Source: Macrostomum hystrix (taxonomy: Eukaryota; Animalia; Platyhelminthes). Taken from it: DNA of 64,000 bases. A program made the translations under genes and the position numbers. The stretch covers positions 21,700,001 through 21,764,000 of the forward strand of contig CATNEN010000038.1 of assembly GCA_950097015.1 (NCBI GenBank), read 5' to 3'. The notes beneath the pieces are model-generated. The model was not told the DNA's origin and did not search any database. It was given only the letters and a program-made list of their open reading frames with translations. This document shows, one piece after another, positions 1-12,000 of this stretch (positions within the stretch are counted from its first letter, which is position 1; the number at the start of each line of letters is the position of its first letter).

Positions 1-2070
1 AAGAGAGAGGCATGAGAAAGAGAGAGGCATGAGAGAGAGAGAGTGACATGAGAAAGAGAGAGGCATGAGAGAGAGAGAGTGACATGAGAAAGAGAGAGGC
101 ATGAGAGAGAGAGAGTGACATGAGAAAGAGAGAGACATGAGAAAGAGAGAGTGACATGAGAAAGAGAGAGGCATGAGAAAGAGAGAGTGACATGAGAAAG
201 AGAGAGGCATGAGAGAGAGAGTGACATGAGAAAGAGAGAGGCATGAGAAAGAGAGAGAGAGTGACATGAGAAAGAGAGAGGCATGAGAAAGAGAGAGGCA
301 TGAGAGAGAGAGAGGGTGACATGAGAAAGAGAGAGGCATGAGAAAGAGAGAGGCATGAGAGAGAGAGAGTGACATGAGAAAGAGAGAGGCATGAGAAAGA
401 GAGAGAGAGTGACATGAGAAAGAGAGAGGCATGAGAAAGAGAGAGGCAAGAGAAAGAGAGAGACATGAGAAAGAGAGAGTGACATGAGAAAGAGAGAGGC
501 ATGAGAAAGAGAGAGTGACATGAGAAAGAGAGAGGCATGAGAGAGAGAGAGTGACATGAGAAAGAGAGAGGCATGAGAGAGAGAGAGTGACATGAGAAAG
601 AGAGAGGCATGAGAGAGAGAGAGTGACATGAGAAAGAGAGAGGCATGAGAAAGAGAGAGAGAGTGACATGAGAAAGAGAGAGGCATGAGAAAGAGAGAGG
701 CATGAGAAAGAGAGAGTGACATGAGAAAGAGAGAGGCATGAGAAAGAGAGAGTGACATGAGAAAGAGAGAGGCATGAGAAAGAGAGAGAGTGACATGAGA
801 AAGAGAGAGGCATGAGAAAGAGAGAGGCATGAGAGAGAGAGAGTGACATGAGAAAGAGAGAGGCATGAGAAAGAGAGAGAGAGTGACATGAGAAAGAGAG
901 AGGCATGAGAAAGAGAGAGGCATGAGAGAGAGAGAGTGACATGAGAAAGAGAGAGGCATGAGAAAGAGAGAGGCAAGAGAAAGAGAGAGACATGAGAAAG
1001 AGAGAGTGACATGAGAAAGAGAGAGGCATGAGAAAGAGAGAGTGACATGAGAAAGAGAGAGGCATGAGAGAGAGAGTGACATGAGAAAGAGAGAGGCATG
1101 AGAGAGAGAGAGTGACATGAGAAAGAGAGAGGCATGAGAGAGAGAGTGACATGAGAAAGAGAGAGGCATGAGAAAGAGAGAGAGAGTGACATGAGAAAGA
1201 GAGAGGCATGAGAAAGAGAGAGGCATGAGAGAGAGAGAGTGACATGAGAAAGAGAGAGGCATGAGAGAGAGAGAGTGACATGAGAAAGAGAGAGGCATGA
1301 GAGAGAGAGAGTGACATGAGAAAGAGAGAGACATGAGAAAGAGAGAGTGACATGAGAAAGAGAGAGGCATGAGAAAGAGAGAGTGACATGAGAAAGAGAG
1401 AGGCATGAGAGAGAGAGTGACATGAGAAAGAGAGAGGCATGAGAAAGAGAGAGAGAGTGACATGAGAAAGAGAGAGGCATGAGAAAGAGAGAGGCATGAG
1501 AGAGAGAGAGTGACATGAGAAAGAGAGAGGCATGAGAGAGAGAGTGACATGAGAAAGAGAGAGGCATGAGAGAGAGTGACATGAGAAAGAGAGAGACATG
1601 AGAAAGAGAGAGTGACATGAGAAAGAGAGAGGCATGAGAAAGAGAGAGTGACATGAGAAAGAGAGAGGCATGAGAGAGAGAGAGAGTGACATGAGAAAGA
1701 GAGAGGCATGAGAGAGAGAGAGTGACATGAGAAAGAGAGAGGCATGAGAGAGAGAGAGTGACATGAGAAAGAGAGAGGCATGAGAAAGAGAGAGAGAGTG
1801 ACATGAGAAAGAGAGAGGCATGAGAAAGAGAGAGCCATGAGAAAGAGAGAGTGACATGAGAGAGAGAGCCATGAGAAAGAGAGAGTGACATGAGAGAGAG
1901 TGACATGAGAAAGAGAGAGTGATATGAGAGAGTGACATGAGAAAGAGAGAAATAAAGAAAGGCCTGAGAAAGAGAGTGACATGAGAAAGAGAGAGGCATG
2001 AGAAAGAGCGAGAAATAGAGAAAGGCCTGAGAAAGAGAGAGAGAGAGGCATGAGAAAGAGAGAAAGAGAG
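1..2070. repeat. GA-rich minisatellite/microsatellite array (GAGAAAGAGAGAGGCAT and GAGAGAGTGACAT units)
   Basis: Tandem purine-rich units visible from the window start. Confidence 0.95.
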
Positions 2071-2364
2071 AAACCAATTTGTATCTTCGGACCTTCTAGT
2101 GGCTGACAGTAAAATATTGAACTTGTTTGTACATTTTCTAAACTTGTTGTACAGTGAATCAATAATGCCCACGACAAAAGCACTGTGCGTCTGCTATTGG
2201 TACTTAACGCTGAATTTACAGCCTAAAACGTGTAAAGCCGAAGTTAACGACTTTGGCCATTGCAGTTCCGCTTCCAACATGATTTATTGCGGCACTTTAA
2301 ACCGCTCTTTGATTGTTAAAAATGTGCACTTTCCTACGCTTATTTCCACCTTCCTTCCTATTGT

Positions 2365-2992
2365 CTCCCTCATCATCTCTCTTGTCTTCCCTCATCTTCC
2401 CTCCTGTCTTCCCTCATCTTCTCTCTTGTCTTCCCTCATCTTCCCTCTTGTCTTCCCTCATCTTCTCTCTTGTCTTCCCTCATCTTCCCTCCTGTCTTCC
2501 CCTCATCTTCTCTCCTGTCTTCCCCTCATCTTCCCCTCATCTTCTCTCCTGTCTTCCCTCATCTTCTCTCCTGTCTTCCCCTCATCTTCCCTCCTGTCTT
2601 CCCTCATCTTCTCTCCTGTCTACCCTCATCTTCCCTCTTGTCTTCCCTCATCTTCCCTCTTGTCTTCCCTCATCTTCCCTCTTGTCTTCCCTCATCTTCT
2701 CACCTATCTCCCCTCATCTTTTCTTCTGTCTTCCCCTCATCTTCTCTCCTGTCTTCCCTCATCTTCCCTCCTGTCTTCCCCTCATCTTCTCTCCTATTTC
2801 CCCTCATCGTCTCTCCTGTCTTCCCCTCATCTTCTCTCCTATCTCCCCTCATCGTCTCTCCTGTCTTCCCCTCATCTTCTCTCCTATCTCCCCTCATCTT
2901 CTCTCCTGTCTTCCCCTCATCTTCTCTCCTGTCTTCCCTCATCTTCTCTCCTGTCTTCCCCTCATCTTCTCTCCTGTCTTCCCCTCATCTTC
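2365..2992. repeat. Pyrimidine-rich ~21-22 bp minisatellite (CCCTCATCTTCTCTCCTGTCTT)
   Basis: Tandem units; source of the spurious S/L/P-rich ORFs at 2099-3198. Confidence 0.95.
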
Positions 2993-3309
2993 TTACTTGT
3001 CAAAGATTGACACACAGGCATACAGAAAGACAGAATTACTGTAGTTTGCACGTTGCTACGAACAAGCTTTTGAAAATAATGGCTGCGAAGAGATGCAGAG
3101 ATAATAAATATAAAAATACTCTAGAGACAATTCGGGCAAAGATTTTATCTTCTGTTCTGAGAGCTACCGAAATGGTCCATTGTTCAACTGTACATTAACA
3201 GAACAATGGAGAGAGCGAAAGAGAGAGAGAGAGGAGAGAGAATTCAGAGTTGAAGCAATTTAAGAAGTAGAATCGCCTCGAAGAGCTGCTTCAGCTTTCA
3301 CACTGAATC

Positions 3310-6300
3310 ATGGACGAATTTCTTCTCGAAGCAGACAATCTGCTCGAACAGCAGTCGAAACCAGCAGCTAGGGAGGCCCTGCTCAACGATCTCATTGGCG
3401 AGCTCAAACAACGCGGCGGAGCTCGCAGTCGGCAGCTGAATCGTTGGACTCTGCTGATCTGCCTGACAGTTTTAGTGCAGGCCTACTCAATCAGTCGGGG
3501 CTACTCAAACAGTCCAAGCAAATGGCTGTCTAGCTGGAACCAGAAGCCATGCGCCTACAAGGCCTGGATGTTTCTGTTGGAGACCTCGCGTTATCCAAGC
3601 GATTGCGAAGCAACCTGCGGCGGACTTCAAAGCAATGGCCAAGTGGATATTGAGTACTATCACAATTTAACTAGGGAGCGATTTGAAACTGTCTATGCGA
3701 AACCAGCGAGGCCCGTGATTGTCCGAAATGCCACCTTTGATTGGCCGGCAATGAATCATTTCAATCTGACCTTCTTCCGCGACCTATACGACAAGTACAG
3801 TCCTCAGTCGTACGCTCCGCATCATTATCGCAATAAACTGCTGCCATTCCGACTGCCGCTTAACTATCGCTTACTTCGTGACGCTTTTCACATGTCCGAG
3901 GCCGACCAGGCAAAGCCGTGGTACTTTGGCTGGAGCAATGTGGATCTGAATGTGCACTTCGAATTGCAGAACTACTACAAGGTGCCGAGCTTCCTGCCTG
4001 AGGACACTGAACACGGACAGATGGAATGGTTTTTTATGGGCACCTCGCAAGAGGCCGCTTATCTGCATGTGAGGATAAGAATTGCCTCGCAATACAATGG
4101 CTCTTATCAATTTTCTGTTTGCCAGCAATTGCGAACCAAATAGACAATTGGGTCCTACTGAGCCAGGAAAATGTACAGCCCAACGAACTGCTCCTCCGGA
4201 GGAGATTTTGGTGAAAAAACTCCAACTCAAACTCGAACAATTCGAAGAAAACAATTATGCAGCAAAAAACTATATTCACAGGATTTTAGATGAAAGGTCT
4301 ATTGTACTTCCATAACATTCGAAATATTTTGTTCAATAACGCTTTACCATTGTCAGATCGACCACACGATCCGTCCGGCTTGGCAGGCCCAGATACAGGG
4401 CCGCAAGGTTTGGGAACTGCATCCACCGGCTGAGTGTTTGTTTCAGTGCCAGCAACCGATTCGGGCCGAACTGCAAGCTGGAGACCTCTGTGAGTTTATT
4501 GCTTTCCATCGAACCAATATTTCCCAACTGTGCATTCCCATCCGAAATCGTCACTTTCCCAACTGTGCATTCCCATCCGAAATCGTCACTTTCCCAACTG
4601 TGCATTCCCATCCGAAATCGTCACTTTCCCAACTGTGCATTCCCATCCAAAATCGTCACTTTCCTAACTCTAGATTCCCATCCAAAATCGTCACTTTCCC
4701 AACTCTAGATTCCCATCCAAAATCGTCACTTTCCCAACTCTAGATTCCCATCCAAAATCGTCACTTTCCTAACTCTAGATTCCCATCCAAAATCGTCACT
4801 TTCCTAACTCTAGATTCCCATCCAAAATCGTCACTTTCCTAACTCTAGATTCCCATCCAAAATCGTCACTTTCCCAACTCTAGATTCCCATCCAAAATCG
4901 TCACTTTCCCAACTCTAGATTCCCATCCAAAATCGTCACTTTCCCAACTCTAGATTCCCATCCAAAATCGTCACTTTCCTAACTCTAGATTCCCATCCAA
5001 AATCGTCACTTTCCCAACTCTAGATTCCCATCCAAAATCGTCCCTTACCCAACTCTAGATTCCCATCCGAAATCGTCACTTTCCCAACTCTAGATTCCCA
5101 TCCAAAATCGTCCCTTACCCAACTCTAGATTCCCATCCGAAATCGTCACTTTCCCAACTCTAGATTCCCATCCAAAATCGTCACTTTCCCAACTCTAGAT
5201 TCCCATCCAAAATCGTCACTTTCCCAACTCTAGATTCCCATCCAAAATCGTCACTTTCCCAACTCTAGATTCCCATCCAAAATCGTCACTTTCCCAACTC
5301 TAGATTCCCATCCAAAATCGTCACTTTCCCAACTCTAGATTCCCATCCAAAATCGTCACTTTCCCAACTCTAGATTCCCATCCAAAATCGTCATTTTCCC
5401 AATTCTAGATTCCCATCCAAAATCGTCATTTTCCCAACTCTAGATTCCCATCCAAAATCGTCATTTTCCCAACTCTAGATTCCCATCCAAAATCGTCACT
5501 TTCCCAACTGTGCATTCCCATCCAAAATCGTCACTTTCCCAACTCTAGATTCCCATCCGAAATCGTCACTTTCCCAACTCTAGATTCCCATCCAAAATCG
5601 TCACTTTCCCAACTCTAGATTCCCATCCAAAATCGTCACTTTCCCAACTCTAGATTCCTGTCAAAAATCGTCACTTTCCCAACTTTAGATTCCCATCCAA
5701 AATCGTCACTTTCCCAACTCTAGATTCCCATCCAAAATCGTCACTTTCCCAACTCTAGATTCCCATCCAAAATCGTCACTTTCCCAACTCTAGATTCCCA
5801 TCCAAAATCGTCACTTTCCCAACTCTAGATTCCCATCCAAAATCGTCACTTTCCCAACTCTAGATTCCCATCCAAAATCGTCACTTTCCCAACTCTAGAT
5901 TCCCATCCAAAATCGTCACTTTCCCAACTCTAGATTCCCATCCAAAATCGTCACTTTCCCAACTCTAGATTCCCATCCAAAATCGTCACTTTCCCAACTC
6001 TAGATTCCCATCCAAAATCGTCACTTTCCTAACTCTAGATTCCCATCCAAAATCGTCACTTTCCCAACTCTAGATTCCCATCCAAAATCGTCCCTTACCC
6101 AACTCTAGATTCCCATCCGAAATCGTCACTTTCCCAACTCTAGATTCCCATCCAAAATCGTCCCTTACCCAACTCTAGATTCCCATCCGAAATCGTCACT
6201 TTCCCAACTCTAGATTCCCATCCAAAATCGTCACTTTCCCAACTCTAGATTCCCATCCAAAATCGTCACTTTCCCAACTCTAGATTCCCATCCAAAATCG

Positions 6301-7226
6301 TCACTTTCCCAACTCTAGATTCCCATCCAAAATCGTCACTTTCCCAACTCTAGATTCCCATCCAAAATCGTCACTTTCCCAACTCTAGATTCCCATCCAA
6401 AATCGTCACTTTCCCAACTCTAGATTCCCATCCAAAATCGTCATTTTCCCAATTCTAGATTCCCATCCAAAATCGTCATTTTCCCAACTCTAGATTCCCA
6501 TCCAAAATCGTCATTTTCCCAACTCTAGATTCCCATCCAAAATCGTCACTTTCCCAACTGTGCATTCCCATCCAAAATCGTCACTTTCCCAACTCTAGAT
6601 TCCCATCCGAAATCGTCACTTTCCCAACTCTAGATTCCCATCCAAAATCGTCACTTTCCCAACTCTAGATTCCCATCCAAAATCGTCACTTTCCCAACTC
6701 TAGATTCCCATCCGAAATCGTCACTTTCCCAACTCTAGATTCCCATCCAAAATCGTCACTTTCCCAACTCTAGATTCCCATCCAAAATCGTCACTTTCCC
6801 AACTCTAGATTCCCATCCAAAATCGTCACTTTCCCAACTCTAGATTCCCATCCAAAATCGTCACTTTCCCAACTCTAGATTCCCATCCAAAATCGTCACT
6901 AAGACTCTCGCCAACCACAACTTGGGGTTCTATCAAATACGAGCTATCAAATTGGTGCTGTCAGCACCAAACAATGCAAATACAAACTTTGTCGCTGATA
7001 TAAGCTAGGCTCACGAAAACACATAAATAGATAAGCATATTTTTTTGCCGTAAAAATATTAGGGAGCATAAAAATAAGCCTATACTATCTCACATTTCCT
7101 AAACTATTTCCATTTTCTGTATGCCCTTTTGTACATGCAGTTGTCGTGGACCCGAGTGTCTGGTATCACGGCACGTTTGTCTATCCGGGCGAGATGAGCA
7201 TCACATTCGGCATGGAGTTTATCTGA
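3310..7226 (+). CDS. JmjC/cupin-domain 2-oxoglutarate oxygenase with N-terminal hydrophobic anchor (JMJD8-like invertebrate family), 3 exons
   Basis: Exons 3310-4068, 4357-4489, 7141-7226 joined by GT-AG introns in consistent phase. The protein has RPVIVRNATFDWPA, WFFMG...AYLHID (HxD), WQAQIQGRKVWEL and WYHGT (distal His), all typical JmjC motifs. Confidence 0.85.
4520..6900. repeat. 35-bp minisatellite in JmjC intron 2 (TCCCAACTCTAGATTCCCATCCAAAATCGTCACTT)
   Basis: About 68 tandem units; variant units recur at 1050-bp spacing. Confidence 0.97.
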
Positions 7227-9012
7227 ATTATTAACTTGTGTACTTACTGTTATCTATAGCTCCATAAAATACATACTAGATATTACATAATATGCTATCC
7301 GTTAACAAAAAAGATTTTGATGGTCTTTCTACTGATTACAGTTTGCAGTCTGGACCCTCTGATAGTCACGTGACCCAGACACGTGACCCACCTCCTACAA
7401 TCTTTGAATAAACGAATAAGCGAGCTGATAATTAGTCAGTGGTAATTCTTTGCTTGAATTAAAACCTTGGGATTCCCGCAGAACTAAAAATAGAAACAAC
7501 TTTAACGACAATATAATTAAATCAAAATTAAATCATTGATTTTAAACAAAAGTAGATCATGTCTTGTTTTATTAATGAAGCCGCCTTCATAACTGTTTCT
7601 TTTTTGGCTTGATTCTATATAAAAATATGTTTGGAATTGTTTCATCCAATAATCTTGAATATAATTATTATTAGAATTTTTGTCACAACAAGAAAATTAG
7701 ATTTGTTAATTTGCGGAATTCAATGTTAAAGTGCAGCAATGCATTATAAATTAGGGGCCGTTCGCAAATACACAGAACACTACCCAATGTGTGTAGCTTT
7801 ACAATTGGGCATGATAACAGAAAACAATAATTGCATATAGAAAAGAAGCGTGAATACAATCAGATCCTTAAAAATGATACATTTTTTTCAATTGCATGAG
7901 GGGACCGTGTGACAACACAGTCTCCGGTGAAACCTGTTTTTTTTCAGTTTAATGTCTCTATGAGTGAAGGAAAATAGAAATTATTGTTTTCAGTGAGTTG
8001 CTATTTTTAGAACTCGAAAGGTCAAGCTGTCACGCGATGCAGGCATGGCTAAACGAAAACTGAAGGATCCAATAAAACGGATAGCTTCCCTTGGGCTGAA
8101 ATTCTTTGCTATATACAGCGTACGGATCTGCAAGTAAATAACTTGTAGTGAATGACTATAAGTATCCTGAAATTCAAGCATGAATTGTAAGAGAAAGGTA
8201 GAAGCTTTTAGCCTGTTTCTATTTTTAGATCTCAAGGTCACAACGCCACGCGACACTGGCGTGGCAAGATAATTAAATGTACGAATTGATTGATTTTATC
8301 GTCGAATAAAGCGATATTATATATGAAAAGCGATTTTCTGCATGTGACAAAGAAAGCGTCAGTTTTTTATTTCAAGGTTAAATTTCTAAGCAACGGAGGC
8401 GTGGCAATATTTTCAGTGCGTTGGCTAATTTAAGAATTCAAGGTCAGTCAAAGAACTGACACGCAATTGAAGCGTGGCAAGAAAAAAATGTACAAAGAAA
8501 ATTGGTTGTATTATGCGACAAAAATAGAGATCTCCAAATAAATTGACAAGACTCAAAAGATTAAGGATTAAGACTTACGAGTACTTAATCCTTAGAATCA
8601 TAGTTTAGGCGCAATCGGTAAAGATAATGTTTACCAAAACGAAATCAAGGGTCAGCTACTGTAGTTTTTGTATTGCATGAGAAAAAAGGGAATAATGAAC
8701 TTGAACAAAAAACGAAAAACTTGGAAAAACAAGATGGGTTGCCTTTTTACGGGCAGAAAAATTATATAATAATAAAGCACCTATAGAAGGTGACATAAAT
8801 AGAAGATATTTTTTGTTAGACGACAATTACTAAATGTTGTTCTGTCAATAAAATTAGAAAATAAAAACAAAACAAAGCTTTATTTACGTTCTAATTTTAT
8901 CCCGGTTAATTGTCGCATACTACTCTACTGAGAGTAGGACGGAAAAATTTTTACAAAAAAATCGGAAAATAATTACAAAATGACGCAATCAGAAAAATGA
9001 TAAAATATGAAA

Positions 9013-12000
9013 CTACTGCTCGGATGGAAGGCCTAGGGATCTGCTAAAGCAGGCAGGACAGGGTAGGCTATTCAATCGATGTGGATCGCGCCTAATTAAT
9101 CGATTAACTAAGGCGCTCAACTCGGCGCCATCAGCTGCCACCAGATCGCCGTCCACCTCGTCTAGCTGGCGCTTCAGAGCCGGATAGCTCAGCTTGAACA
9201 GGTCGCTCTCCGGGTACTGCCGGCCGCAGCAGGCGAAATGCCACAGATTGTCGTCGTAGAAACCGTCGGCTTGCTGCCGGTCGCGCCTAGTGATGAGTTC
9301 TGTTAGTGACAGGCGAAGCACTGGCACGTCATTGGCGGCTGGTTTAGTAAAATCGGCCAAAGCTGAGGTGGACGCGGCGCTTCTTGGAAACAGGTGGCGC
9401 AGCCAGGCTAGGCAGAATTTAGTAGAGAATCGAGCTGGATCGAAACTGCCCGTGTGGCAACACCTGCGGATCGGGTTAACAAGGTTAGCTTAGCCGGGAG
9501 ACATTGGTCATGACTGCTAAATGATATTATTTCATAGATAAGATAAGATATTAATTGAGTCACAAGTGATGATCCTCAATGTCACTAAATGCGACCAAAA
9601 ATTAGTCATTGTGAACAATTAACTGAGTTAACATTGTCACCTGCCCCAATAATCGCAGCTATTTCGCAGCACATCTGAAGACTGCGTACAGCTGTTCAGT
9701 CCATGGACTGGGGGGACGCTACACCCACCCTCGGTTATCCAAGCTGATGCTGGTACCCATTAAACAGCTGGTTAAACTGAAGAAATGCAGAGTTCAGTAC
9801 CTTGCTAAAGGACACAAATTGCTTAAGTGGAGTCGGGAATCGAACCCCCGACCTTCAAGCCGTGAGTCCGACGCTCTAACCACAAGGCTACAACCCCCTC
9901 CTAGGCTAGACATGATCATTAATGAGTCATAAATGAATAGATAACAAACCTGGCCAACTGCACAGCAACAGTTTGAGTCATAACCGAATCCAGCAATTGT
10001 TCTAGGAAGCCAATCTTTACTCGAAGATTATCATCGTCGCCATGGGCATCGGCAGCTTTGCCGAATGCGTGAATTAAATCGGCTACAGAGTCCTGCGGTC
10101 GCGTAGTTAACAACAGCAGCTGCTTCAGCATCTTCAGCACAGCCGCTCTAGCCGATTCATCGTCTAGCGCGTCGAGCAGTTGACACCGGCGCAGAGTCCA
10201 GTGCAATGAGCCGGCGAAATCGCCGCGATTGCACAGCAGCGCCGGCAGCAGTTCGGCGGTGTTGGCGTTGACTGCGCCGCTGGCTCGCAACCATTCGGCT
10301 CCGGAGCGAAGCGGCTCGGATAATTGCGCAATCCGATCGATAACATCCTTGACCGACTGGCCAGCCAATGGCAATCTTAAATAGGGCGTAGGCACGTGCC
10401 GCGGAGCGCCCTGGTGACACATTGTGAACAACAAGTGAGAAGACACTTCGCCCCAAAGGTGCAGGCAACCGTCGGTATCCAGGATGCAGTGCAGGCCGCG
10501 GTCGGAGGCAGCGCAGAGTTCACTACTGCCGTTTACAATGCGCAGCTGAGGCGAGCCGCGAACTGGGGCGCGCAATGTCTCCGGATCAACGTAGGGCACG
10601 GTCACCAGTGAACCGTCTGGCAATGACACCTGGCGGGCAGATCGAATTAGTATGCGTTAAATGGTTTTGTCTGATATGGATCCAACACCAACTGGTGTGG
10701 TCTGGTGTTGTAGTGTGTGGTCTGGTGTGGTCTGATGTGATCTGGTGTGGTCTGGTGATCTCTGGTGCGGTCTGGTGTGGTCTGGTATTGTCTGGTGTTG
10801 TACTGTGTGGTCTTTGAGTGGTCTAGTGCTGTCTGGTGTGGTGTTGTCTGGTGTTGTCTGGTGTGGTCTGGTGTTGTCTGATTGCGTCTGGTGTTGTAGT
10901 GTGCAGTCTTGAGTGGTCTGGTGTGGCCTGATGTGGTCTGGTATTGTCTCGTGTGGTCTAGACTGGTCTGTCTATCTGTCCACCAATAAAAGAACTTTTT
11001 TCAGAGTCTGTCCGCTTTAACTAGCCGATTGCCGCTTAAACTAACCAGAAGTTTAACTAAAGAGTACTGCAGTACTGCAGTGCAGTTCCGAGTTCAGTAG
11101 GAGTTCATAATAGGTAATAAGGGCACAAGTCCTACATATTACAGAATACTACATATTAAAAGTACTTCTTCTAGCTTATACGAGCTAGATATCAAGGTCC
11201 ACTATATTTTAGGGATTAAAATTAATTAGTTTTTCCATAAAAAGTAATTCGCAGCGATTTCAAACAGTCCGACAGCAAAAAAGCGACTTTTATTCTTAAC
11301 TTCATCTTTTTCATTTGAAAGCAAAGCCTAATTGCATATGTAATTACGAGCCTATATGTGCACTAACTGGTCATTTATTAATCTCAATTTGAACAGTACG
11401 AAAATTCCTAATTAGGAAATTCGTGAATACTAGGAGATAAATTTAGAAAACTCACAACTTTGTCAATAACAGACAAGACTTCTGAAGGGATAATTGACTT
11501 TTTAAAAGTCAACAAAACATCGGAACAACGCGGAGAGATAGAGAGGATTGAAAATAAAGACTAGAGTTTGTCTGCGTTTTAAAGAGGGGCCATGATTGAC
11601 TTAAGACAAACGAATAGTAAAAAACGAGTAATACAGATTGAGCTGAGTGGAAAACAAACATGTGTACATGGTTAGCTAAAGTCCAGCATTTGAGAACCTG
11701 GGAAATTTATGGAAGCTTAAAAACTAAGGATCTAAGCAAAGTGATGGCTGCTCAAACTCAGGATCTGGGATAATGGCTTTCCCAACTTGAGAATCAGGAA
11801 GAATCACTGTTCAAACTGGGGATCTGGAAGGATGACAGCTCAAACTGGGGATCTGGAAGGATGACTGCTCAAACTGGGGATCAGGAAGGATGACTGCTTA
11901 AAGTAGCGATCAAGGATAGTGGCATCTGAAACTAGATTTTTTACAATGGCATTCCAAACGTGAGGATCTAGTACAATGGCATCTGAAATTTCAGTATCAA

